Assembly (NCBI GenBank): GCA_963668625.2
Contig: CAXXKA010000009.1
Coordinates: 1-64,000 of the forward strand
Source: an uncultured candidate division Zixibacteria bacterium
GTDB lineage: Bacteria > Zixibacteria > MSB-5A5 > UBA10806 > 4484-95
Direction of reading: 5' to 3'
DNA: 64,000 bases
In this document: one piece after another, positions 51,381-60,112 of the stretch
Layout: each line of letters opens with the position of its first letter
Position numbering within the stretch: position 1 is the first letter of the stretch
Notes under the pieces: model-generated
Told to the model about the DNA's origin: nothing
The model's database searches: none
Seen by the model: the letters and a program-made list of their open reading frames with translations, nothing else
Program-made: the position numbers and the translations under genes

Positions 51381-51468
51381 TTGGCTGACTATTGATATTT
51401 ATATGGAGTTATTTTAACTTGACTTTATGGCAATGATTTATATTATATTGTTATCAACTAAAGTAAGT

Positions 51469-52734
51469 CACTAGTGTCCGGGCTTTGAGGCTGGCTTGAC
51501 AGACCTCCTATAATAAGGGTGTAAACGCTAATTATAACACCTTTGTTTACAGGAGGTTAAAAATGCAAGGGAAGGTTACAATACTTCGCCAGATAACGCA
51601 AATGATTTCTCGATACGATTTCCAAAAAGCAGTTTCGACTGGCAAAGGGCGGCATTTCACGGTTTCTTTCGGCTACTGGTCGCACCTGGTGGCGATGATA
51701 TTCGGGCAATTATCGGAGCAGCAATCGCTGCGTGATCTGGTCTTGAATCTTTCCCGTCAGGCGCATAGGTTTTACCATCTGGGTATGTCAAAGATACGCC
51801 GTTCGACTTTTTCGGATGCCAACAATCATCGGCCCTCGGCAATATACGAGAACTTGTTTTACATATTATTGAATCGTTACGGTTGTCATTTTCAAGGCAA
51901 AAACCGGAAGCTGGGGAATAAATTATACTCAGTTGATTCGACGGTCATAGATTTGTGTCTGGGGTTATTTTATTGGGCTAAATTCAGAACGACCAAGGCC
52001 GGTGTCAAGCTTCATGTCAGGTTAAACCATGATGGTTACATCCCTGATTTTGCGGTTGTCACCAATGCCAATATTCATGATTCCAGAGTCAGGAAGATGT
52101 TCAATTTACCGGCTGGCAGTATCGTGACTTTCGACAAAGGCTACAATGACTACAGTCTTTTCAAGTTATTAAATGATAAGGGGATAATCTTTGTCACGCG
52201 GCAGAAGAATAACGCTAAATACAAAGTAATCAAACGGTGTAGAACTAATCGTAAGCAAGGAGTCACCTCCGATCATTGGATTGAATTTACCGGTTTTTAC
52301 TCCAAGCAAAAATGTTCGATTAGGCTGAGACGAATCCGTTATATCGATAAAGAAACCGGTAAAGTTTATGTATTCCTGACCAATGATTTCAAACATGCCG
52401 CCTCGACTATTGCCGACATTTATAAGCAGCGCTGGCAGATAGAATTGTTTTTTAAAGCGTTAAAACAGAACCTTGTGATCAAGACTTTCTGGGGTACCTC
52501 CAAGAACGCAGTATATTCCCAGATCTGGGTGGCTTTGATAATCTATTTGTTAATGAGCGCGCTGAAATACAAATACAAAATATCGGCCTCAGTTGGAAAG
52601 TTAATTCAGAGAATCCGGTCATTCGTGTTTGAAAAAGATGATGTCCTGAGATTCCTTAAAGACCAAATACCAATCCCAATACAAATCGCTCAAACATCTC
52701 AAATTAACCTGTCCCTAAAGGCCGGACACTAGTG
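51469..52734 (+). mobile_element. IS4-family insertion sequence, complete
   Basis: Terminal IRs CACTAGTGTCCGG / CCGGACACTAGTG; 9-bp TSD AAAGTAAGT (51460-51468, 52735-52743). Confidence 0.95.
51563..52732 (+). CDS. IS4-family DDE transposase (DUF4372-type N-terminus)
   Basis: DSTVIDL, KLH, FDKGY, YKQRWQIELFFKALKQNL (YREK). Confidence 0.95.
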   Translation: MQGKVTILRQITQMISRYDFQKAVSTGKGRHFTVSFGYWSHLVAMIFGQLSEQQSLRDLVLNLSRQAHRFYHLGMSKIRRSTFSDANNHRPSAIYENLFYILLNRYGCHFQGKNRKLGNKLYSVDSTVIDLCLGLFYWAKFRTTKAGVKLHVRLNHDGYIPDFAVVTNANIHDSRVRKMFNLPAGSIVTFDKGYNDYSLFKLLNDKGIIFVTRQKNNAKYKVIKRCRTNRKQGVTSDHWIEFTGFYSKQKCSIRLRRIRYIDKETGKVYVFLTNDFKHAASTIADIYKQRWQIELFFKALKQNLVIKTFWGTSKNAVYSQIWVALIIYLLMSALKYKYKISASVGKLIQRIRSFVFEKDDVLRFLKDQIPIPIQIAQTSQINLSLKAGH

Positions 52735-52820
52735 AAAGTAAGTATTAACTGAATTGAGTTTTAATAACATAAATAATTAAAGAGGTTGTGACATTTAGAT
52801 TAAAGAACAAGGGGAATAAG

Positions 52821-53843
52821 ATGAAAAATGCTATCTCACAAGCGTTGCTTATAATTTTATGTTCAGTCCTAGTAAATGCACAGGATTATCAAACTATAGA
52901 ACACCATAAAGACATCAAGCGTGCTGAATATTGGGCTACTAAAGGTTATAACTTCGATCCATCAAATATGTCTGCTTATTCAATGGATCAAAAAGTTAAA
53001 GATATAGAACGCGCAAGATACTGGAAGCAACAGGGTTACTCATTTGATCCTGATTATATGACTGCTTATTCTATGGATCAGAAAGTTAAGGATATTGAGC
53101 GGGCAAGATACTGGAAGGAACAAGGATATCAATTTGACCCTGACTACATGACCGCTTACTCTATGGATCAAAAAGCAAAAGATATTAAGCGGGCAAGATA
53201 CTGGAAGGAGCAAGGATATCAATTTGATCCTGACTATATGACTGCTTATTCTATGGATCAGAAAGTAAAAGATATTAGACGCGCAAAATACTGGGAGCAA
53301 CAGGGTTACTCATTTGATCCTGATTATATGACTGCATACTCTATGGATCAAGCTGTTGCTGAAGATAAGGCACATTCATATCCTCCAAGTGAAAAATCAC
53401 AAACATTTAATCAGCAAACACAAATGCAATTATATGAAATACCTGAAATAGATTCTAGATTGAATGATTCAGATAATGATAATGAATTATCCGATGTCAC
53501 TAATACGGATTCAGATGATGAATATGAAATTAAATATAACCCATTTGACGGACGATTTCAATACGTTCCCGAAAATTCTCAGATTAAATATAATCCGTAT
53601 GAAAACCAGTTTTCTTACCAGCGCGAGCAGGATGTAATAAAATATAACTCTTTCGAAAACGAGTTTCAATATACAGATCCAAATGCTACGCTTCATTACA
53701 ATGCTTATGAGAACATATTTGAATATGGAACGCAAGATTCCCAACTCAAATATAATCCTTTTTCGAACAAATTTGAACGAGTCCCAGCAGATTCTAAATT
53801 ACGATATAATCCATTTGAAAATACTTTTGATTATGAGAAATAG
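52821..53843 (+). CDS. Secreted protein built from two kinds of tandem repeat
   Basis: Signal peptide ending VNA-QD; 5x30-aa repeats, acidic linker, 6x18-aa repeats. Confidence 0.8.
   Translation: MKNAISQALLIILCSVLVNAQDYQTIEHHKDIKRAEYWATKGYNFDPSNMSAYSMDQKVKDIERARYWKQQGYSFDPDYMTAYSMDQKVKDIERARYWKEQGYQFDPDYMTAYSMDQKAKDIKRARYWKEQGYQFDPDYMTAYSMDQKVKDIRRAKYWEQQGYSFDPDYMTAYSMDQAVAEDKAHSYPPSEKSQTFNQQTQMQLYEIPEIDSRLNDSDNDNELSDVTNTDSDDEYEIKYNPFDGRFQYVPENSQIKYNPYENQFSYQREQDVIKYNSFENEFQYTDPNATLHYNAYENIFEYGTQDSQLKYNPFSNKFERVPADSKLRYNPFENTFDYEK
52908..53351 (+). repeat. Coding 90-bp tandem repeat, about 5 copies
   Basis: KDI(E/K/R)RA.YW..QGY.FDPDYMTAYSMDQKV; unit starts at 52908, 52998, 53088... Confidence 0.9.
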
Positions 53844-53896
53844 AAATTTGGTCTAGTGCCAAGATGTTATTCCACAATCCATATCCGTATGTAAAT

Positions 53897-54853
53897 TTAA
53901 TCATTAATTTTATTCAGATATTGCTCTATCAAGTTATATGAATCGCCAATCATGCCATCAGGCTTTGTATAAATAAAATTCTTTTTGGATGAATAAATAA
54001 ACCGCTCCGCCCCAGAGGCAACACGGCTATTAAAATTAGCAGTTAATTTTATATCAGCTTTGTATTTTTCCTTAGCCTTTTCAAAAGTCCCCATTAACAT
54101 ATAACGCCTATTTAGAGGCATCAGTAAAAATGTTTTATTTAACCCAAATCCAGGGCCAAGAAAAGATTTAGAATCTTCAAAAAAAGTTAACGATACGGGT
54201 CTATCACAACAGATAAAACTTGCAGCAGTAGGATCTTGAATTTTAATCAATGTCCAATTTCTATCATGCAACATTGGCAATATAATATCAACTGTTTCAA
54301 ATATCCAATAAACAAGCCATGTTCTATCAATTTTTATATCATATCTATCGCTAAAAATGAACTCTTTCATTTCCTCAAAATTTAATTTATCATCTATTTC
54401 ATACCCTTCTTTTCTCATCTGACTTATAATTGAATTGTATCTTTCTTCTGAGCTAAATGTTATTTCCGCTGTAGCTCTAGCGATATCTTCAGTTAGCTTA
54501 GATATTACTTTCCTAAAACCTGGTGTTCTTACTGATAGTAAAGCTAGAAAATACATTAGTATTTTAAAATCTTCACCTGTAGGGATTTCATTATATTTGA
54601 TAATATTATTGATAACTGGCGCTGTACCGCTTTCAATTTTAGCAAACATTTCTTCTACAACATTGTTATTTATCTCATTACTATCAATCTTATAATAATC
54701 TTTTTGCTTTGCTATTTTTTCAGGCTTACTTTTAAAGCTATTTCCATTTGATGTATCAAATACCCAAAGGTCATCCTCTCTTTTTCCTGAAGGCGTGAAT
54801 CCCGCTAAGTAGAATTGGGGCACAAAATGATGCATTTTAGGTTCATTAAGCAT
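53897..54853 (-). CDS. DUF4238-domain protein, AT-rich
   Basis: HHFVPQFYLAGF N-terminal motif, RTP, FICCDRPV, MPLN. Confidence 0.8.
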   Translation of the reverse strand: MLNEPKMHHFVPQFYLAGFTPSGKREDDLWVFDTSNGNSFKSKPEKIAKQKDYYKIDSNEINNNVVEEMFAKIESGTAPVINNIIKYNEIPTGEDFKILMYFLALLSVRTPGFRKVISKLTEDIARATAEITFSSEERYNSIISQMRKEGYEIDDKLNFEEMKEFIFSDRYDIKIDRTWLVYWIFETVDIILPMLHDRNWTLIKIQDPTAASFICCDRPVSLTFFEDSKSFLGPGFGLNKTFLLMPLNRRYMLMGTFEKAKEKYKADIKLTANFNSRVASGAERFIYSSKKNFIYTKPDGMIGDSYNLIEQYLNKIND

Positions 54854-54949
54854 GAAGAAATATATAATATTATTAAGATTTTCAAAATAAAAGAATAAGC
54901 GCTCTATTCATTTTATAATAACACATCCCCCCTCCCCCCCAATCTCCTA

Positions 54950-54977
54950 TTGACCGCCGCCGTTTAAATTATATATT
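54950..54977 (+). promoter_or_regulatory. Probable sigma70 promoter giving an about 310-nt leader to hutH
   Basis: TTGACC-N16-TATATT. Confidence 0.5.
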
Positions 54978-54999
54978 TACCCTCAATATAATGATAATG

Positions 55000-55270
55000 A
55001 CTCGGGCTTATGCGTGCGCCCGAATGTAAACGATAATTCTCAAGCGGAATTATTGGCCAGGTGGAGGCTGTACCGGGTGAGGGCACCCGGCTGCTGTAGA
55101 GGCTATGCCGAAACACCAGAGGCCATGCGGCGGCAAGTTAGTGTCGCTGCCCGCTAACGCCGGAGGCTGTACTCCCATTACCTGAACCTTATGCCCTCAA
55201 TACACTTTGTGGTTGGTACCCATTGGGTGCCAACATGCCGGCGAACCGGGAGGTACGTCAGCCACAAACA
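55000..55270 (+). ncRNA. Candidate structured cis-regulatory 5' leader RNA (no known class recognised)
   Basis: GC-rich, multiple stems, two possible pseudoknot/alternative pairings and four RGAGGCYRTRC motifs between the promoter and the hutH SD. Confidence 0.5.
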
Positions 55271-55298
55271 AATCGTTTCTTTACGGAGGATTAATTAA

Positions 55299-56834
55299 AT
55301 GTCAATAAAACTTGATGGTTTCTCACTCACGATCGAGGATGTCGAAAAAATAGCCCGCCACGGCGAAAAAGTGGAGGTCGCGCCCGAGGCCTGGGATCGT
55401 ATCAATAAATGCCGGGCGATGCTGAATAAGAAAATCGAGGCCGGCGAGATCATGTACGGTGTAAACACCGGTATCGGCGAGTTCTCCGAGATCGTCTTAA
55501 CCGATGAGCAGGTCAAGGATTTCCAGCGTTACCTTATCTACAACCATTCGGCCGGTATCGGGCAGCCCGCCCCGATCGAGCACGTGCGCGCCGCCATGAC
55601 CACCCGTATCAATGTCCACTGTCACGGCAATTCCGGCCCGCGCCCGGAGATCACCCAGACCCTGGTCGATCTTCTAAACAAGGGAGTAACACCGGTAGTC
55701 TGCGAAAAAGGCAGTGTCGGCGCCTGCGGTGATCTGGCCCCGATGAGCCAGATCGCGCTCATGATGATGGGTGAGGGCGAGGCATTCTACCAGGGCAAGC
55801 GTATGCCCTCGGCCGAGGCCATGAAACTGGCCGGCATACCTGTCCCCGGCTTGCAGGCTCGTGATGGCTTAGCGACTATCAACGGCTCGAATTTGATAGC
55901 CGGCATGGGCTGCTTGCAGCTTGTGGATACCGAGCGCGTACTCAAACAGGCCGAGATCGCCTGCGCCATGACCCTTGAGGCGCTACTGGCCAACATGAAA
56001 CCCTACGATGAACGCATACATAAACTTCGCGGATTTGCCGGCGCGGTGAAGACCGCCGCCAATATCCGCAAGCTTACCGAAAACTCAGATCTGGTGACAG
56101 GCAAACTCAAGGTTAAGGTTCAGGATGCCTACTCGATGCGCTCCACCCCGCAGGTGATCGGCGCGGCGAGAGACCATCTGGCCTACACCCGCAAACAGTT
56201 CGAGACCGAGATCAACGGCGTGGGCGATAACCCGATATTCCTGCCCGACGATGATGTCGTACTCTCCGGCGCTAATTTCCAGGGCACCCCGATGAGCCTG
56301 CCTCTGGATATGGTCGGCGCCTCAATAGCCATGGTCAGCGTACTTTCGGAGAGACGCTTAAACCGTCTGTTGAACCCCGCCTTAAGTATAGGCCTGCCCG
56401 CCTTCCTGACCAAGGGCGCGGGGATGTTCTCCGGACACATGCTCTCGCAGTACACCGCCGATATGCTGATTGTCGAACAGCGCATACTCTCTACCCCATC
56501 CTGTATACAGTCGATCCCGGCGGCGGCCGATCAGGAGGACTTTGTCAGTATGGGCATGAATGGCGCGCTAAAAACCCGTCAGATACTGGACAACGCTTAC
56601 GGCGTATTGGGTATCGAGATGATTGCCGGCGCGCAGGCGTTGGATTTCCGCGAATTCAGTTTCGGAAAAGGCACCCAGGTCGCGCACGATGCCGTCCGCA
56701 AGGTAGTCGAGCATCTGGATATAGACCGTCCGCTGTTTACCGACCATAACAACATGGCTGCGGCGGTTAAGAGTAATGATATCTTGAACGCGGTAGAGGC
56801 CGAGGTCGGGCCATTGACTGCCTCGTGGGAATAA
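55299..56834 (+). CDS. hutH: Histidine ammonia-lyase (MIO family; Ala-Cys-Gly variant)
   Basis: YGVNTGIG, NHSAG, GSVGACGDLAP, INGS, QDAYSMR, DNP, QEDFVSMG. Confidence 0.82.
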   Translation: MSIKLDGFSLTIEDVEKIARHGEKVEVAPEAWDRINKCRAMLNKKIEAGEIMYGVNTGIGEFSEIVLTDEQVKDFQRYLIYNHSAGIGQPAPIEHVRAAMTTRINVHCHGNSGPRPEITQTLVDLLNKGVTPVVCEKGSVGACGDLAPMSQIALMMMGEGEAFYQGKRMPSAEAMKLAGIPVPGLQARDGLATINGSNLIAGMGCLQLVDTERVLKQAEIACAMTLEALLANMKPYDERIHKLRGFAGAVKTAANIRKLTENSDLVTGKLKVKVQDAYSMRSTPQVIGAARDHLAYTRKQFETEINGVGDNPIFLPDDDVVLSGANFQGTPMSLPLDMVGASIAMVSVLSERRLNRLLNPALSIGLPAFLTKGAGMFSGHMLSQYTADMLIVEQRILSTPSCIQSIPAAADQEDFVSMGMNGALKTRQILDNAYGVLGIEMIAGAQALDFREFSFGKGTQVAHDAVRKVVEHLDIDRPLFTDHNNMAAAVKSNDILNAVEAEVGPLTASWE

Positions 56835-56856
56835 TTCAGATATTAACGTAAGTTTT

Positions 56857-56889
56857 AATCGGCAGATGTCCTCATCTGCCGATTTTATT
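56857..56889 (+). terminator. Hairpin after hutH (intrinsic terminator, possibly REP-derived)
   Basis: AATCGGCAGATG-TCCT-CATCTGCCGATT followed by TTATT. Confidence 0.65.
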
Positions 56890-57030
56890 ATCCCCATCAT
56901 CTCAAAACGAAGCGCTGCTTCATATCGTCGATTGATAGCGGAAGAATGGTTACATTAACTGCCCCATCCGAAAAGGCTCCCAAGCAGCGCTTATAAGCCA
57001 GTAGGTTATGCGAAAACAATTATGTAGCGG

Positions 57031-57112
57031 TGTCAGGAATCCATTCCTGACACCTTATTTCATGCTGGATGTCGCCGGGAAAAGATGAACAAAGGACTTC
57101 GTCCGCCCAGCG
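57031..57112. repeat. Second copy of the about 80-bp REP unit seen at 47905-47981
   Basis: GGTGTCAGGAATCCATTCCTGACACC...GTCGCCGGGAAAAGATGAACAAAGGACTTCGTCCGCCCAG. Confidence 0.75.
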
Positions 57113-57219
57113 ACGCATGGTACAGTTTTTCACCCCGGTGCTTGAGAATCAGCAGCTTATACGAAACATCAAAAATTATTATAATGGAACAAATACCTGC
57201 CGACAATCATTACTAATAC

Positions 57220-58443
57220 ATGATGATAGAAAAGTACTTAATAGAGTTATGGGGGATCCTTCTGGAATTGGGATTCCCTTTGCTTTTAGGGATAATAATC
57301 GCCGGCGGGTTACATGTGCTTTTGCCACAGGGATTTATTCACCGCAATTTCGGCGGACGAGGTTTTAAAAGCATATTCAAAGCCTCACTGATCGGCGTGC
57401 CTATGCCGCTTTGCTCATGCAGCGTGATTCCCACGGCTATCGGGCTAAAAAAGGATGGGGCATCCAACGGCGCCTCGACCAGCTTTTTAATCAGTACACC
57501 GCAAACCGGTGTCGACTCGATCCTGGTCAGCGCCTCGTTTTTAGGTTGGCCGTTCGCGATATTCAAACTCGTGGTAGCGTTCATAACCGGGCTTATAGGC
57601 GGTTCGGTAGTCGATATATTCGAGCGTAATCAGAAAATAGAGAAAGAGCAATCCGATCCGAAAGAATCAATAAGGGGGGTTTGGCCCAAAATCAAGGAGG
57701 CAATCAGTTTCGGCGTATTCGAGTTGGTGGGCATGATTTACGGCTGGATAATGTTCGGCGTGCTTTTAGCCGCGCTTATTACCACATTCGTGCCAACCGG
57801 CTATCTCTCCGAGATCGCCTGGATTGGCGGTATCGGTGGTCTTCTATTGATGTTGATAATCTCATTGCCGATGTATGTTTGCGCTACGGCTTCCGTGCCT
57901 ATCGCGGCCTCGCTTATCGCGGCCGGTATGCCTGCCGGGGCGGCGCTGGTATTCCTAATGGCCGGTCCTGCCACCAATATCGCCACTATCGGCGCGCTGT
58001 ATCGCGTGTTTGGCCGTAAGGTTGTAACTATATATGTGGCAACCGTGGCCGTGTTCAGCATGATATTCGCCTACCTGTTCAATTTTATATTAGGTGAGGC
58101 GGCCACGCAAGCCGTACATGAGCATCACGGAACAAACTGGTTGTATGTAGCAAGCACGGTAATCCTTCTGGCTATTATTGCTTACCTGGCATTTAAGGAT
58201 ATCAAAAAAAGATTGGGGAGAACAAAACAATCCGTTATGGAGGATGATTCAATGAAATTAGAGATAAAAGGTATGACCTGCCCTCACTGTGCCGCCAGTG
58301 TCACTAAAGCGATTGAGAGCGTGCCCGGCGTAAACCGGGTAAAAGTATCGCTGGATGACAAATCCGCTACGATCGATGGCGAGCCAAACAAGCAACAGTT
58401 GATCGAGTCGATCAAGAGCGCCGGTTATGAGGCGATAGGGTAA
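57220..58443 (+). CDS. DUF318/ArsP-family (SO_0444-like) metal permease with C-terminal HMA domain
   Basis: PMPLCSCSVIP, STPQTGVDS, PMYVCATASVP, GPATN; GMTCPHC. Confidence 0.9.
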   Translation: MMIEKYLIELWGILLELGFPLLLGIIIAGGLHVLLPQGFIHRNFGGRGFKSIFKASLIGVPMPLCSCSVIPTAIGLKKDGASNGASTSFLISTPQTGVDSILVSASFLGWPFAIFKLVVAFITGLIGGSVVDIFERNQKIEKEQSDPKESIRGVWPKIKEAISFGVFELVGMIYGWIMFGVLLAALITTFVPTGYLSEIAWIGGIGGLLLMLIISLPMYVCATASVPIAASLIAAGMPAGAALVFLMAGPATNIATIGALYRVFGRKVVTIYVATVAVFSMIFAYLFNFILGEAATQAVHEHHGTNWLYVASTVILLAIIAYLAFKDIKKRLGRTKQSVMEDDSMKLEIKGMTCPHCAASVTKAIESVPGVNRVKVSLDDKSATIDGEPNKQQLIESIKSAGYEAIG

Positions 58444-58532
58444 TATGGCCTGAAGCTACTGAGACGTCGAGCTAGCACACTTGAGGTGGCTGGCAGACAT
58501 CCCCAGGCTATTCCAAAAGTATGGTTTCTGTG

Positions 58533-58623
58533 GCCGGCGGACTTCCTCGTCCGCCGGCTTTCGTTAGCAGGCAAACCGGTTGAGGCACACCGCCCGGGCA
58601 AGCGAGGACGCACCCCACCCCAC
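58533..58623. repeat. REP-like palindrome pair
   Basis: GCCGGCGGACTTCCTCGTCCGCCGGC hairpin and a degenerate partner GGGCAAGCGAGGACGC..CCCAC. Confidence 0.55.
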
Positions 58624-58726
58624 ATAATGCCATTATCCCCTCCGGTTATATTGATCTAATTTTTATTCATCATTGACTCTTAAAGTTAAAATTATCATAT
58701 TGAGTTAAGTGAATTAGTATTAAAGG

Positions 58727-60112
58727 ATGATTATGGCATTACGTAAAAAAGATATCATTCAACTGACTGTTGAGGATCTGGCATTCGGCGGCAAAGGCGT
58801 GGCTCATTACGAGGGCAAAGTCGTATTCATCGAGGGCGGACTGCCGGAGGATACGGTTGAGGCGCTGGTTTATAAAATAAAATCCAGCTTCATAGAGGCC
58901 CGGGCGGTGCAGGTATTGAAGCCCTCCCCTTATCGAATCAACCCCGTCTGCAAGCATTTCGATATTTGCGGCGGCTGTAGATGGCAAAACTACCAGTATG
59001 ATCTTCAGTTGAAATACAAAGAAGAGCAAGTCCGGGAGCATCTGGTGAGAATAGGCGGAATCGAAAATCCACCTCTGAGGCCGATAATCGCCGCCCGCAA
59101 GAACTATTTCTATCGCAATAAAATGGAATACTCGTTTCACGAGGATCGGGAAGGAGATTTGAAACTAGGGATGCACTACCTCGGTTTCTACGACAGAATT
59201 TTCGATATCGAGGAATGCCATCTCCAGTCTCAGACCTCGAACGATATAGTCAATTTCGTTCGAGAGCAATGCATAGAAAAGCAAATTCCAGCCTATCATA
59301 TTAAAAACCATACCGGCGTGATGCGATTCCTGGTCATTCGTGAGGGGAAATTCACAAATGAGAGGTTGGTTAATATTGTCACCGGCGATAATAACGATGG
59401 ATACGAGGATAAGATAATCAGGCTGGGTAAAGATATTGCCGACAGGTTCGAAGGCATAAACAGCATTATCTGGACGATAAACAGCCGAAAGGCCAATATA
59501 GCCCAGGCCGATAAATATCCCGAGATGCTCGATAAAGGTGTGATTTTCGGGCGGGATCATATCTTCGAGAAACTTAACGAATATAAATTCCGTATTTCCG
59601 CCGATAGCTTTTTCCAAACAAACTCTTTTCAGGCGCAACTTCTTTATGACACGGTGTTAGAATACGCCGGATTTTCACCGAACGACAGGGTTTGCGATCT
59701 CTACTGCGGTACCGGCACTATCTCGATTTATATCTCATCGATGGTGAAATCGGTTGTCGGCGTCGAGTTGATAGAAAACGCTGTCAAGGATGCCGGGATT
59801 AACGCCGAACTTAACTCTATCAAGAACGTTGAATTTAAAGCAGGCAAAGTCGAGGATATTGTCGGAGAGTTGGGGCAATTCGACAAACTCATAGTCGATC
59901 CGCCTCGGGCCGGAATACATCCCAAAGCGTTAAAAGGAATAATAGAACTGGCGCCGAAAGCTATAGTCTATGTTTCCTGCAATCCCTCCACTCTGGCCAG
60001 AGATATCGCCGAGTTGAAGGAAGCGGGTTACAGGTTAGAAAGGTCAGTAGCGGTTGATATGTTTCCGCAAACTTATCATATAGAATCGGTATCGAAACTT
60101 ATTCGTGACTAA
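58727..60112 (+). CDS. rlmD: 23S rRNA m5U1939 methyltransferase
   Basis: TRAM domain, CKHFDICGGC, YRNKMEY, SFFQTN, DLYCGTG, DPPRAG, YVSCNP, DMFPQTYHIE. Confidence 0.95.
   Translation: MIMALRKKDIIQLTVEDLAFGGKGVAHYEGKVVFIEGGLPEDTVEALVYKIKSSFIEARAVQVLKPSPYRINPVCKHFDICGGCRWQNYQYDLQLKYKEEQVREHLVRIGGIENPPLRPIIAARKNYFYRNKMEYSFHEDREGDLKLGMHYLGFYDRIFDIEECHLQSQTSNDIVNFVREQCIEKQIPAYHIKNHTGVMRFLVIREGKFTNERLVNIVTGDNNDGYEDKIIRLGKDIADRFEGINSIIWTINSRKANIAQADKYPEMLDKGVIFGRDHIFEKLNEYKFRISADSFFQTNSFQAQLLYDTVLEYAGFSPNDRVCDLYCGTGTISIYISSMVKSVVGVELIENAVKDAGINAELNSIKNVEFKAGKVEDIVGELGQFDKLIVDPPRAGIHPKALKGIIELAPKAIVYVSCNPSTLARDIAELKEAGYRLERSVAVDMFPQTYHIESVSKLIRD

Noticed and set aside
48800-51400. Short ORFs (48829, 48842, 48938, 50387, 50632, 50801), or a CRISPR/integron attC array
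   Set aside because: The ORFs are translations of palindromic repeats; spacing is irregular, no consistent RYYYAAC...GTTRRRY cores, no integrase
52908-53351. Possible CRISPR array
   Set aside because: Contiguous 90-bp in-frame coding repeats with no unique spacers and no cas genes
55000-55290. Known riboswitch or housekeeping RNA (lysine, glycine, SAM, TPP, cobalamin, T-box, 6S, SRP) or His leader peptide
   Set aside because: Only fragmentary resemblances (GCCGAAA, ACCTGA, GGTGCCAA) without the required cores; the upstream mini-ORF MTRAYACARM has no His codons
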